Notes under the pieces: model-generated
Databases searched by the model: none
What the model saw: the letters and a program-made list of their open reading frames with translations, nothing else
Told to the model about the DNA's origin: nothing
Assembly (NCBI GenBank): GCA_964016885.1
Contig: OZ024743.1
Span: 182,652,001-182,716,000 of the forward strand
Reading direction: 5' to 3'
Length of the DNA: 64,000 bases
Origin: Eledone cirrhosa
Taxonomy: Eukaryota
Part shown: positions 37,030 through 50,339 of the stretch, piece by piece
Layout of the letters: every line of letters starts with the position of its first letter
Position numbering within the stretch: position 1 is the stretch's first letter
Position numbers and translations under genes: made by a program

Positions 37030-38075
37030 CTATTTTGGGTGAGAATTTTCACAGCTGTTGGATGCCTTTCTTAACACCAACCACATTTATTGAGTGGGAT
37101 TGGGTGGTCACACTTATGAGGCATGTCTGGCCAGCAGACCTATAGTATGGGTACTGGGTGGGCATGTTATGAGGGAGGTTTGGCCAGTTGGCCGCACTGG
37201 CACCTGTGTTTCTCATAGCGGGGTCGTGGTTTTGACTGGGATTTCATGACAGCTGCATGCCCTTCTTAATCACAAGCCACGTTTACGGTGTGGGCTGGGT
37301 TGTTAACTTGGGTCTTTTGTTGTACATCATAGCACCAGAAGTCTCAATCCTGTGTCATCTCTGTCGAGAGGTTTAACTGAGCCAGATCAGCCTTTATCGT
37401 TTCATCCTACGTGTTCCTCTTCTGGGGCACCCTACAACCTCAAGTGCCCTACACTTTTTTATAGACCTGTCATCCTTTATGTGCATCACATATCCATACC
37501 ACTGCAAACAGCATTTGATCGCTCTTATACCCAGTTTTGCTCTCAATTCATTTACATTTTGCCCTTCACACACACAACTGTTACACACCCATTTGAGCAT
37601 GCAGGCTTCATTTCTTTCCAATCTATGTAAATCCTCGGCACACAGTGCTCATGTTTCGCTTCCATGTAGCATTGCTGTACGCACACAGGCATCATACAGC
37701 TTGCCTTTTATCTTGAGTGTGAGACCTTTTGTAGCTAGCAACGGCAGCAGCTCCCTGAACTTTTTCCAGCCTGTCCTTACTTTGGCAACTGTTCTTTTTG
37801 CACATTGACCACCACTGCTGATTTCATTACCCATGTAATAAAAGTTATCTACTATTTCTATGGGGTCCTCTGTGTATTTAAAGGAGCTTGAGGATTTTTG
37901 CAATGTTTACATATGAAGTCTAAGTTTGCATTTGGGACACAAAATTGAGTTTCTACCTACTCCTTCCCTGCATACAGAACAGGGCCATTTACCTGATAGG
38001 ATCAGAGTCCTGTTTTCTTTTCTGCTCTCTAGGATTTTGGTCTTTGCCAGGTTGACTTTAAGGCCTTTTATTTTC
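37030..38075 (-). mobile_element. Older RTE LINE 3' fragment with tail
   Basis: GKWPCSVC..ILCPKCK (PHD partly deleted), WKKFRELLPLL, MLHGSET, WYGYVMH. Confidence 0.85.
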
Positions 38076-38773
38076 AAGCTGTGCCTCCATAATATATGTA
38101 TAATATATTATATATATATCATCATTGTATGTATACATATGTATATATATGAGCCTCTTCTCTTTGCATTCAACAGAAGCAGTGATATTTGTTTGTGTTC
38201 TGCATAAACAGAGATTCTGCTGTTCAGCAGTTAGATGTGCAAAGATCCCTATTTTACTTTAAGAAAAAAAAAAGCATGTCTTAGTATCGGGAAGAGCATT
38301 TCGCCATAGAAGTTCACATCAAAATGTTTCATTCAATGCAAGCCAGCAAAGAAGAATATATGCAAAAATGATAAGATTACTCAGAGATGATAAATTACTG
38401 TATATACTATTTTACGTCTGAGAAACAATAAAAAATCTAAACCCCATTTATAAGCCAAACCAGGTTATCAACACATTTTGTTGAGATAGTGCAGTTTCTA
38501 AATTCTCATGAGTGAAGAATATATTTTGATATTTAAAATATTCAAAGTGTTGTTTAGAGTATAGTTTTTGTTTCACAACTCCATTACATAATGATTTCTT
38601 ACCAATTTCCAACAGTTTTGAAGGCTATATTCATTCAAAACATGAAAAACAAAAGGAAATACAAATTTCATATTTAAAGTGAAACTGGTGTAATATTTCC
38701 TTCCAAAGCAAAAATATTTTAGCACGTCATTTATGTAGAATTTTGAATTTGGTGAAAATCAGCAAAATTTTGA

Positions 38774-39114
38774 TCATCATCATCATTTCATTTTACGTCC
38801 GCTTTTTCCCTGCTTGCAAGGGTTGGACAGGAACCGATTCTGGCTTGATTTCTACAGCTGGATGCCCTTCCTAACACCAACCTCATTTACAGTGAGTGCT
38901 GGGTGCTTTTTTGCCGTGGCACCTCCACGACCACTTTGCAGTGGAATGATATGGACCCCAGTCCCTATCATCTCATTTCTACAGCTGAGTAAACTGGAGC
39001 AACGTGAAATAAAGTGTCTTGCTCAAGGAAACAACACATCACCCGGTCTGAGAATTGAACTCACAACCTTTCGATTGCAAGGCCAATGCTCTAACCACTA
39101 AGCCATGTGCCTCC
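38774..39114 (-). mobile_element. Full-length composite SINE: tRNA head, CORE-like centre, RTE-derived tail
   Basis: A box TGGCTTAGTGG, B box GAGTTCAATTC, CTTGAGCAAGACACTT..ACTCAGCTGTAGAAATG, tail near-identical to the LINE tail at 4520-4660. Confidence 0.88.
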
Positions 39115-39320
39115 ACTTATAATTCTTGTAATACATTTCCTCATTCAGTTATGTGTGTGAGTGTGTGTGACACAGAATTAAGTTTGTTTTTCTAAGCCTG
39201 TACACACACACACATTATCACTGAATAAGTAGACAGAATTAAATATAAGATAACTATGACAGTAGAAATATCAAAATCCCTAAAGAAGCAACTTGAAATT
39301 TTTATTAATGATATATTCAC

Positions 39321-39570
39321 CTGTATCTGCAATCTTTCCAACAGCAGTAATTTTCTCAGGTTTCTGTCTAAATATGAAATTTGCAAGCCATATTATATAT
39401 ACACCAATTTCCAAAACACCTCCACCACCCAAGGATAGGTCAGATACAGCTTCCTTTGAGAATATATCAACAAAGAAAGCTGCATCTAAGTAGCATATCT
39501 TTCCTATGGTTCCAGAGTTAATTTCTTGTCTAATGGCTTTGTAAGATGGGAAGAAGTTGGACCACAATGC
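39321..39570 (-). CDS. DHDH: DHDH-like exon 4
   Basis: ttcag/gtgaat boundaries; ALWSNFFPSYKAIRQEINSGTIG...LGGGGVLEIGVY...KPEKITAVGKIADT. Confidence 0.93.
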
Positions 39571-39844
39571 CTGAAAGAAAAAATGTAAAGTGATAACACT
39601 GGTGCCATGAGAAAATGCACCCAGTATACGCTGTAAAGATGTTAGGAAGGACATCCAGTCATAGAAACCATGCCCAAATAGAATATATCAGCAAGACATG
39701 ATTATCTAATCTGTCAAGTCTCAGAATGTGACAACCCAACTAACCCATGCCAGCATCAAAAATAAACATAAAATGATGATGAGGAAAGGAAAGAAGTAAC
39801 GAAATAAAGAGAGTGAACTAAAAATGAAAAGAAAAGAATGATAA

Positions 39845-41101
39845 AAATTTGAGACTTTTTTTCTTTTCAGGCACTTTTAATTGACCTATATAACTCACTA
39901 TTATAGATCCTTGGTATGGTTATAATAAGTTAACATGTCAAATATTTTTTCTAGGTTGAAGGTTCGGGCTGCTACAGCACAATACATGTATGACTACCTG
40001 TCAGACACCACATACTGTCTCAGCTGACTGGTTCCACAATGCAGCCAGGACATGAGGACAACGTGAGGCTTGATATAAAACAAAGTTTTGTGTCAAGCTG
40101 GGCAAAAAAAAAGCTGCAGAAACCTATGAAATTGTCAAAACTGTTTACGGATTAACTTTCATGAGCCAGGCATGGAGCAGGTGAGGGACGACGAGGAGTG
40201 TGGCAACAAGAGGGATATCAGGATGCCAAAGTTGGTAGACAAAATTCGCAAATTTCTGGACAAGAATTGTCGTGCATCTCTTCTGACGATTGCTAGACAA
40301 TTTGAAGTGGCTGAGAGCACTGTGCACAGAATCATTCATGACAATCTGAACATGTGAAAATTTTGTTCCCAGGGTGCTCAATAAAGATCAAAGGCAGAGA
40401 TGCGTTGATGACAACAGGGAGATGGTCGAGTGGATCACTTCAAATCCAAGTGTCCTTGAGTCTCTGGTAAACTGTGACGAGAGCTGGGTCTACTGTTATG
40501 ATCCAGAGATTAAGAGACAGAGTGCCCAGTGGAAACATCCTGACTCCCCAAGACCAAAGAAGGCCAGGCAAAGCAGGTCCTATTCTTCGATAGCCAGGGC
40601 ATCATCTACATCCATGCCCCCCCCCCCCCCCCGACCAGACAGAGTCGCACAAAGAGTACTATGTAGAGGTTTTGAGGCAGTTCAGAAAGAGGTTTCATTG
40701 CAAGAGACCAGAACTCTTCAAGTTTGGTCAGTGGCACTTGCACCAGGACAATGCCCACTGCTACAAACCCATCCTGGTAACCAGCTACTTGGCTGATATG
40801 GGGATCATGACTGTCCCTTATACTCCCTACAGTCCAGACTTAGCCCCATGCAACTTCTGGATGTTCTAGAATCTGAAGGATAAACTCAGGGGTATCCGCT
40901 TTGAGGATGCTGAGGAAATGAAGTGCCCTGGGCGCATTCACTTTGGAGGACTACAAGGAGGCCTTCTCGAAGGGCTGGAACACTACAAATGCATTGAAGT
41001 TGGAGGATCCTACTTTGAAGGAGACTAGAGTTTTGTGTTGATCTGAGTTAAATAAATGTCTCTGATAAAAGTCTCAAAACCTCTTGAGTGTACCTCACAT
41101 A
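39845..41101 (+). mobile_element. Decayed mariner (DD34D-type) transposon
   Basis: HTH relic, CDESWVYCYDPEIKRQSAQW, HQDNA, PYSPDLAPCNF; partial TIR match TTTGAGACTTTT / AAAAGTCTCAAA. Confidence 0.9.
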
Positions 41102-42534
41102 GAGAGGGGTGGTGACATTATAATAGACATATTTTATTTCTATTACTTCTCTTCATGTTATCCTGTCATATGACCTTCAAATTTTGACCATTGCATACTG
41201 GTCATAGAAGAGGACTATGACTGAGAAGGAGGCAAACAAATTGCCATGTTAAATATAGTTAAGACATTTTTTTATAGCCAAGCAGCAGTCGCCTATAGGT
41301 GGATGCTGATATACAATTTGCCATGACAAGCATTTGTCCCAGAATCAATTAGCTAACATTATTAGAAGTTTTCTTTCTGTGCACCATTTCACTTTATCAG
41401 AAAATATATTAAAATGAGTTTGTTAATTCAACTGTTTATAGTATATTTACTAGTAGACAGATTGATGCAAAAATCTGCAGTATAAGAAATAATCTTTAAT
41501 TTTAATGTGATGCAGTCATAGTGCTGCTTTGTACTTTTCAAGAATGTATTGTTAATGCTGTTTGAGTAAGGAGATTTAACTTTTCTCACACACTGACAAA
41601 GAAAATAATTATATTGATGCATACTTTATTCTATCTTCTAAGTAAATGGGGAGAGAGGAAAAATGTTACTACTATTGGGGAAGGGGCTGGTATTTATCAG
41701 TTTGAGAGCCTCTGCATTAACTCCTAAACCCTTTTTATACCAACACACCTGAAACAGTCCCTGGCTCTATGATACAAAATTTCTTTATTTTTAATTTTAT
41801 ACTTACAAATCTTCCATCAAAATTTTATGTAAAAACCTTTAAATTATGTTCCAAACACCAGCTTAATAATGAGAAAGCTAGTTATATTACAAAATGCAAC
41901 AAAATTCCGGATTATTTTCAAAATTATTTGAAAATCACAGGTAGTGTTTTCATTAGAAATATGGCAAAGAAAAGCTTAATTTTTTTACTAATTGGAGCTT
42001 GATTAAAATATATAATTTCATCTAGCCTCATGACACAAGCAAACATATAAGCCTCCTCAGTTCTGATTTGAAATCATATTAGTCTATCATGTCTGCAAAC
42101 TATTCCTTCATATATTTTGTTGTATTTTTCTTACTTTCTTCCTTTTAATTATCTGATGACCTTCAATTTTCTACAATTATCTTCCCCAGTAGATGCAGCA
42201 TTGGTTAAAGAGTTCATTTTACAACCATTAGGTGCTGGGTTCAATCCCATTGCATGGCATCTTGAACAAGTGTCATTTACTTAAGCCCTGAATCGATCCA
42301 TGCCTTCTGAATGAAATTAGGAAGACAGAAACTGGAAGCCTGTCAGATGGATTGTACCCAGAATTCAAAGAGCCAGCCTTATCACACTGAATCTCCCTGA
42401 GAATTACATTAAGGTACACATGTCTGTAAAATGCTAAGCCACTTACATGTTAATTTCATAAGCAGGCAGTTCCATTGATAAAACAATTGAAACACTCATC
42501 AAAACCAACGGAGGTCCTTTCCATTATTCTTGTA

Positions 42535-44364
42535 CTGCTATCATCCTTTCTATCATGTTACCCCCCACCATCACCTTCAACACACTATTCAGTGTTAAGT
42601 ACAACCTTCTGCTATCATCCTTTCTATCATGTTACCTCCCACCATCACCTTCAACACACTATTCAGTGTTAAGTACAACCTTCTGCTATCATCCTTTCTA
42701 TCATGTTACCTCCCACCATCACCTTCAACACACTATTCAGTGTTAAGTACAACCTTCTGCTATCATCCTTTCTATCATGTTACCTCCCACCATCACCTTC
42801 AACACACTATTCAGTGTTAAGTACAACCTTCTGCTATCATCCTTTCTATCATGTTACCTCCCACCATCACCTTCAACACACTATTCAGTGTTAAGTACAA
42901 CCTTCTGCTATCATCCTTTCTATCATGTTACCTCCCACCATCACCTTTAACACACTATTCAGTGTTAAGTACAACCTTCTGCTATCATCCTTTCTATCAT
43001 GTTACCCCCCACCATCACCTTCAACACACTATTCAGTGTTAAGTACAACCTTCTGCTATCATCCTTTCTATCATGTTACCTCCCACCATCACCTTCAACA
43101 CACTATTCAGTGTTAAGTACAACCTTCTGCTATCATCCTTTCTATCATGTTACCTCCCACCATCACCTTTAACACACTATTCAGTGTTAAGTACAACCTT
43201 CTGCTATCATCCTTTCTATCATGTTACCTCCCACCATCACCTTCAACACACTATTCAGTGTTAAGTACAACCTTCTGCTATCATCCTTTCTATCATGTTA
43301 CCTCCCACCATCACCTTCAACACACTATTCAGTGTTAAGTACAACCTTCTGCTATCATCCTTTCTATCATGTTACCTCCCACCATCACCTTCAACACACT
43401 ATTCAGTGTTAAGTACAACCTTCTGCTATCATCCTTTCTATCATGTTACCTCCCACCATCACCTTCAACACACTATTCAGTGTTAAGTACAACCTTCTGC
43501 TATCATCCTTTCTATCATGTTACCTCCCACCATCACCTTTAACACACTATTCAGTGTTAAGTACAACCTTCTGCTATCATCCTTTCTATCATGTTACCTC
43601 CCACCATCACCTTCAACACACTATTCAGTGTTAAGTACAACCTTCTGCTATCATCCTTTCTATCATGTTACCTCCCACCATCACCTTCAACACACTATTC
43701 AGTGTTAAGTACAACCTTCTGCTATCATCCTTTCTATCATGTTACCTCCCACCATCACCTTCAACACACTATTCAGTGTTAAGTACAACCTTCTGCTATC
43801 ATCCTTTCTATCATGTTACCTCCCACCATCACCTTCAACACACTATTCAGTGTTAAGTACAACCTTCTGCTATCATCCTTTCTATCATGTTACCCCCCAC
43901 CATCACCTTCAACACACTATTCAGTGTTAAGTACAACCTTCTGCTATCATCCTTTCTATCATGTTACCCCCCACCATCACCTTCAACACACTATTCAGTG
44001 TTAAGTACAACCTTCTGCTATCATCCTTTCTATCATGTTACCTCCCACCATCACCTTCAACACACTATTCAGTGTTAAGTACAACCTTCTGCTATCATCC
44101 TTTCTATCATGTTACCCCCCACCATCACCTTCAACACACTATTCAGTGTTAAGTACAACCTTCTGTTATCATCCTTTCTATCATGTTACCCCCCACCATC
44201 ATCTTCAACACACTATTCAGTGTTAAGTACAACCTTCTGCTATCATCCTTTCTATTATTTTACCTCCCACCATCACCTTCAACACACTATTCAGTGTTAA
44301 GTACAACCTTCTGCTATCATCCTCTCTGCCTTGTTACTTCCCACCATCACCTTCAACACACTAT
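42535..44364. repeat. 74-bp tandem satellite, about 24.7 copies, in DHDH intron 3
   Basis: Unit CTGCTATCATCCTTTCTATCATGTTACCTCCCACCATCACCTTCAACACACTATTCAGTGTTAAGTACAACCTT; ORF track periodicity is also 74. Confidence 0.98.
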
Positions 44365-44543
44365 ACTCATTCAGTCTGCTCGAAACAAACTAAATCAATT
44401 ACACACTACCATCTTAAAAAGGGAAGTTGCATCAATTAATCTTGCCCTAGATGAAACCATCTCTGAGAAATAAATATGACATAGTTGTGGCTCTTGACCA
44501 AGGCTCTGCTTGATTAGGACTGAAGAGAGCATAATTGACATAC

Positions 44544-44707
44544 CTCCATGAAAAATAATTCCTTTGAACTTGCAAGTTCAATCATACTTTCTGTTTCCTT
44601 GATGTTATTTCCACAGGTTTTCTCACACAATACAGGTTTGCCATTGTTAAGCATAAGGGTGGAAAGAGGACAGTGGTAAATATTTATAGTTGAAACATAC
44701 ACCAAAT
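44544..44707 (-). CDS. DHDH: DHDH-like exon 3
   Basis: ttacag/gtatgt boundaries; (D)LVYVSTINIYHCPLSTLMLNNGKPVLCEKTCGNNIKETESMIELASSKELFFME. Confidence 0.93.
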
Positions 44708-44811
44708 CTGTAAGAAAGATAAAAGAAAATTTTTTCTTTCCTAAGTAATTTATTCATTCAAATGTGATAAACAGTGATAACTATTTGGTTTTCAGACCAA
44801 GTCAGTATTGT

Positions 44812-44876
<65 letters not shown>

Positions 44877-45349
44877 ATCAGCAGTAACAACTGTTTTAGG
44901 ACAATTTTTTCCATGCTTGCATGGGCTGAGATGAGACTTGTGTGGCAGGTTTTCTATAGCCAGATGCCTTTCCTAATGTCAAACTATACTTATTTTAAGC
45001 ATTGTATATACCAGTACACTAGAAAATGTACTGCTTATAAGGGATGTAAGCAACTGTTACGGCTTGTTTTTCATATACAGTACCAACCCAACATTTCCAG
45101 CAACTGGCATACACACATGTAGATACAGTACAATTTTTCTCTACTAAATTCTTTCACAAAGCATTGGTTGGCGCAGGGTAGAAATCACTAGCGCAAACTG
45201 CCACATGATTTTTCAAAGAACACAGATATAAGCTCTTTTGACTGGTAATAATAGGGTTCATTGAGTAGTACATGGTGACTGTGAATATGGCTCAAGGAAT
45301 GAAGAGGATCTACAACATTAACTTCAGAGAACCAATTAGCCACTTGATC

Positions 45350-47920
45350 ACCTTCGAATCAGTCAAACATATAAGCTAGATAGACTAGATAGACTGTTAA
45401 ATGTAGATTCAGAAAGGTTTTACAGTGTGTGTATGATGAGAATGCCAGAGGACAACTGAAGGTTTCTACAAGACAACCTAATGCATACCATAAAAGCTGA
45501 AGGATAAACCTGGAAAGACTGGAAGAAAGAGGGAAACAAAAAACAATATCAAATGACTAGAAGAGAAGCTAAATATCACATAGATTAGCAAAGAAAGAAG
45601 CTGAGCTAAGAGGCTTACAAGGCGATGTCGACATCATTATCATCATCATTTAACGTCTATTTTCCACACTAGCATGGGTTAGATAAACTGTCCCATTATG
45701 AGTCAAGCCAGGTCGGAAGACCATGTTTTTGCTCACACAGAACTGATTTGGGATTGGTTTCTACAGCTGGGTGCCCTTCCTAATGCCAACCACATTTACA
45801 GTGTGTACTGGGTGCTTTTTGTTGTGATACTTACACGACCACTTTACAGTGTGGACTGGGCGCTTTTTGTCATGATACCTACATAACCACTATACTGTGT
45901 GGACTAGGTGCTTTTTGTCATAACACCTACACAACCACATTTACAGTGTGTGCTGGGTGCTTTTTGTCATGACACCTACACAACCACTATACAGTGTGGA
46001 CTGGGAACTTTTTGTCATGACTCCTACACAACCACTTTACGGTGTGGGCTGGGCACTCATTGTCATGGCACCAAGATGACCACTTAGTGATCATAGTGTG
46101 GATTGGAGACTTGGGTGGGGGAGATGCATGGGGAATTGGGGAGGTAGATCTAGGTGGTGAGTTTTTAGGATTTGGGAGGGATGACTGTGGTGTGACAAAG
46201 TGTCAGTGTGAATCCAGACATTGTTGGGGAGAAGTAGATTCAGAATGACACTGGTGTATTTAGCTGCACTAACACTAAAAAAACAAGTGTGGGTGGCTTG
46301 CAAATGTTATGAGAGGTTTCTGAAAGTAGAAAATGAATGAAAGAAAGACTACCTTCAGTTAACCCAATAAAGTCTACCACCCATCAAAGTTGAGAGCCAT
46401 TAAGGGTATGAAAAGAAAAGTAGTCAGACCATGAAAGATAGTCACTGAGAGGTTGAATATATCCAGTGAAGTATGACCCAAGCTAGTCACTTGGACAGTC
46501 AATCAGGTAATACATGATGGTGCCATACCCATTGACTTGCATAGCATTATAATCATTAACTATTACAAGGGAAAGAGGGATACTCTAGAAATCAGCAACT
46601 TCAAAGGTTGATGCATCAAGTTATAAAAGTAACAGAAAGAGTTTTAGCACAGATTAGAAAAAGAATTAGCTTAGATGAAATGCAGTTTGGTTTGATGCCT
46701 GGACAGAGTATCACTGAAACCCTTTTCAGAGTGAGACAATTGCAAGAGAAGTTCCTAGAATCCACAATATCTATCTTTGATTGACCTGGAGAAGGTTAGA
46801 TATAGTAGCAAAATATACAGGACTCTGATCCCCTCAAGGAAATGGCCCTGTTCAGTGGATGACCAAATTAACAGTGGAGGTAGGTGTTCCATAAGTACAA
46901 TTGCCTGAGAGAGAACGGGATGGAAAAAGTTCAGGGAGCTACTGCCACTGATAACTACAAAAGGATTTTCCCTCAAAATGAAAGGCAGATTGTATGATGC
47001 ATGTATGTGAATGGAAATGCTGTATGGTATTGAAACTTGGGCTCAAGACCTTGTGCAAAGAAAAAAATGTGGCAAGCATGATTTGATGGATGTTTAATAG
47101 CAGTATACATTAATGATAAAGCATCATTGAACTCAGAGAGAAACTGGGGATAAGAGGGATCAGATACAGTGTGCAAGAGAAGAGACTGCCAAGGGTAAGA
47201 ACATGTGATGCATATAGAGGATGGCAGCTGTATAAAAAGGTGCAGGGAACTCAAAATTGTTGGAAACTATCAAAGAAAAAGCCCTCGGAAATCTTGGAAT
47301 CATGTGGTAAAAGCTGACCCCATGCAATTAAACTTCTCAAAGGAGATGATTCAAACTCAACTTTTCTGGTGATATGCTATACTGCAGAATACCTGCCTTC
47401 CCATGTGTATAGGATGAAACAAACCTGAAGAAAACAGCCTGAATCAATGTCCCTCATACACCTCCCCCAACTTCATATTACCCCACCTCATTTTCTAAGT
47501 ACCCACCTTAGACCTCCTCCACTTACTCCCTCAATCTCCACCCCACCTTGTGCATCCAACAATTCTAACCATCATGGAAAGGCAGCCATCCCTCTCCCTT
47601 CAATCAAATCCTTACAGCATGGAAAAGCAGCCTGTAAAGTGGTCGTGCTGGTGCCATGTCAAAAAGCACCCAGTCCACGCAGTAAGGTGGTCATACTAGT
47701 GCCACAATGAAAAGCACTGTCCACTCTATAAAGTGGTAGCGGTGGACCATGAAAAAAGTTCACAGTACACTGTAATGTGGTATTAGGAAGGGCATCCAAC
47801 CATAGAAAACTAAGTCAAAGACAGGGTCATCTGACCTAGCTAGTCCCATAACACGACAGCTTGTCTAACCTATGCAAGTATAGAAAATAGATGTTAAATG
47901 ATGATGATGATGATGATGAT
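45350..47920 (+). mobile_element. Old deleted RTE LINE interrupted by an opposite-strand tail insertion
   Basis: Relics WKDWKK, MQFGL, GKWPCSV, RTGWKKFRELLPL, hairpin tail and (GAT)n at 47900. Confidence 0.8.
45635..46090 (-). repeat. RTE-type 3' tail with about six tandem ~48-bp hairpin units
   Basis: Unit TTTACAGTGTGGACTGGGTGCTTTTTGTCRTGACACCTACACRACCAC repeated 45795-46085, next to the standard terminus. Confidence 0.85.
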
Positions 47921-48126
47921 AAACTAATGTATTATCTGGTTCTAATTTGTACAATTAGTCTACTGACAACAATCTGTATAATTAGAATGTATATGGGGAA
48001 ATCATAGAGATGTTTGAGAGGAGACAAATGGATTAAAACTAAAATCAATTTGAATAAATTAAAATATTTTAAAACTTTATAAAATAATATATTCAAGATT
48101 AGGCTAATAATAAAATTGCTTCATAC

Positions 48127-48238
48127 CTATGTCAGGATTTTTGGCAAATTCTTCATAGCTGTCATACACATTAGGTATATTAAATTCTTCAGCCAATTTC
48201 TTAGCCTTTTCTAAAGACTTGGACACCACTGCAATTAT
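48127..48238 (-). CDS. DHDH: DHDH-like exon 2
   Basis: ctctag/gtatga boundaries; IIAVVSKSLEKAKKLAEEFNIPNVYDSYEEFAKNPDI. Confidence 0.93.
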
Positions 48239-49416
48239 CTAGAGAAAAAAAAAATATGCAATTGGTTTTTGGTCGTTTGGGGCAGTAAGAATAATTTTGT
48301 TAAATGTATTAACAATTTACTCATACATGCATGCATGGTCCCGTAACTCATGAGGGAGTCATAGGGGTGCTGTATTGACAGTTGACATTTCTAGAACATT
48401 TTTAAACCTGGAGGAGCCTATCTCCTCAACAGGTCTGAATACAGCAGATTTCTTCCAGAGAAAGTGATATAGAAGAAGAATCGACCCCAGTACTTGACTG
48501 GTACTTATTTTTATCAACCTCAGATAGATGAAAGACAAAGTTGACCTCAGTGGGATTTGAACTCAGAGAGCAGAAACGAATACCGCAAAGCATTCTATCT
48601 ACATTCTAATGACTGCCAATTTGCCACAAATACACTACTAATATTTTGTTAAAATCATTAGTGCATTGTACAAAATGCCTTGTGGTATTTATTCTGGCTC
48701 TTTATGTTATGAGTTCAAATTCTGCCAAAGTCAACTTTGTCTTTTCATCCTTCCATAAAGTACCAGTCAAATACTAGGGTTGATTTAGTGATTAAGTCCT
48801 CCATCCAAATATCTGGCCTTGTGGCAATGTTAGAAGTAAGATTCATCTGAATGAAGTGCACATGTGGGACACAGTCATAACTATACAGAATGGTACTCTC
48901 TGATACATGCAAAGTTCCCTTGACAATGCAGAGGTAAATTCAAAATATCAGGGATAATAAATATTATGAAGGCAACAAAGTCTCTCTTTTTTTTTTCTTC
49001 CCTTTTTCCATTCATCTTTATCTCTATTATCTGACTTTGTTACCTCAATATTTACCTCATCTACATTGTAGCAGCTTCCTAAACATACCCACTTTTCATA
49101 TCCCACAATGCTTCAAGCAAACTAAAACACTATTATTATTGTTGTATTTATAAATCACCAATCACGCACTGGGGCCGATTTAATCCACTTTCCCTTCCCT
49201 AAAAATTGTTGGCCCTGTACCTAAATCAGAAACAATTATTATTGCTGTATTTTGGGAAAGTCATTCTGCCAATAAAGACACACACAGATTGTAATTGATT
49301 TCTTTATTATTATTTGATTGATTTGGATCCTTTTCAATGAGTCCCTCTGCAGCTGCTTTTTATGCTTGGTCTTTATACAATAGTGGTGAGTTTGGAGTCT
49401 ATGAGTGTGTTTTTCA

Positions 49417-49668
49417 TTTTTCATTTTACGTCCACTTTTCCCTGCTTGCAAGGGTGGGACGGGAACTGATTCTGGCTTGATTTCTACAGCTGGATGCACT
49501 TCCTAACACCAACCTCATTTACAGTGAGTGCTGGGTGCTTTTTTGCCGTGGCACCTCCACGACCACTTTGCAGTGGAATGATATGGACCCCAGTCCCTAT
49601 CATCTCATTTCTACAGCTGAGTAAACTGGAGCAATGTGAAATAAAGTCTCTTGCTCAAGGAAACAACA
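49417..49668 (-). mobile_element. 5'-truncated copy of the composite SINE
   Basis: Near-identical to 38790-39035. Confidence 0.88.
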
Positions 49669-50339
49669 TGTGCATGTATATAAATATGAATTTAATGACC
49701 ACATTACATACAATTTTGTCAGGTCCTGTCAGTACATAGGCAAAATCTATGTAATTAAAAACACATTATACGACCTTTTTTTTTTTCTTTTGAAGAAAAT
49801 TTGGTTGCTACTTCTAGCAGAGACAGCTTTGCTGACTGGTGGCTCCAACAATCTAGTCAGTTGTGAGATACATGTGAATCTTTAACATTTGATTTTTCTA
49901 CTTTTTGACATCTCAAGTAACAACACTCCCATCAGTTGAACATACCAAACTATTCTATGAGAACCCCAGCAAGACTTGGTTGCCTGGTTAAGAAATTTAC
50001 TTCATGACCATGTGGTTAGAGGTTCAATCCCATTGGATGACACTTTGGGTTCACCAATATCTGTTGATTGGACTTCGATAGATAGAAACTGCACAGAAGC
50101 CTGTCATATGTGTGCTTATGTGTATTTACACTGATCTAAAAACCAATGTTTATGTTATGTCTTTTTATGTCCTGTAAATTAGCAGTTCAATAAATAGAGA
50201 TCAATAAAATAAGTACCAGACTAAAATAAATACTGGAGCAAATATGATTGACTAAAAACATGAAAGTGTATTTGACCAAAGTCCAGTAAAAGAAATGAAT
50301 ATCTGTGGCTAGACACCAACAGAACCTTGTGATTTATTT

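Noticed and set aside
42535-44364. CRISPR-like array or repeated 63-aa ORFs
   Set aside because: Units are contiguous with no unique spacers, no cas genes, and the period is not a multiple of three
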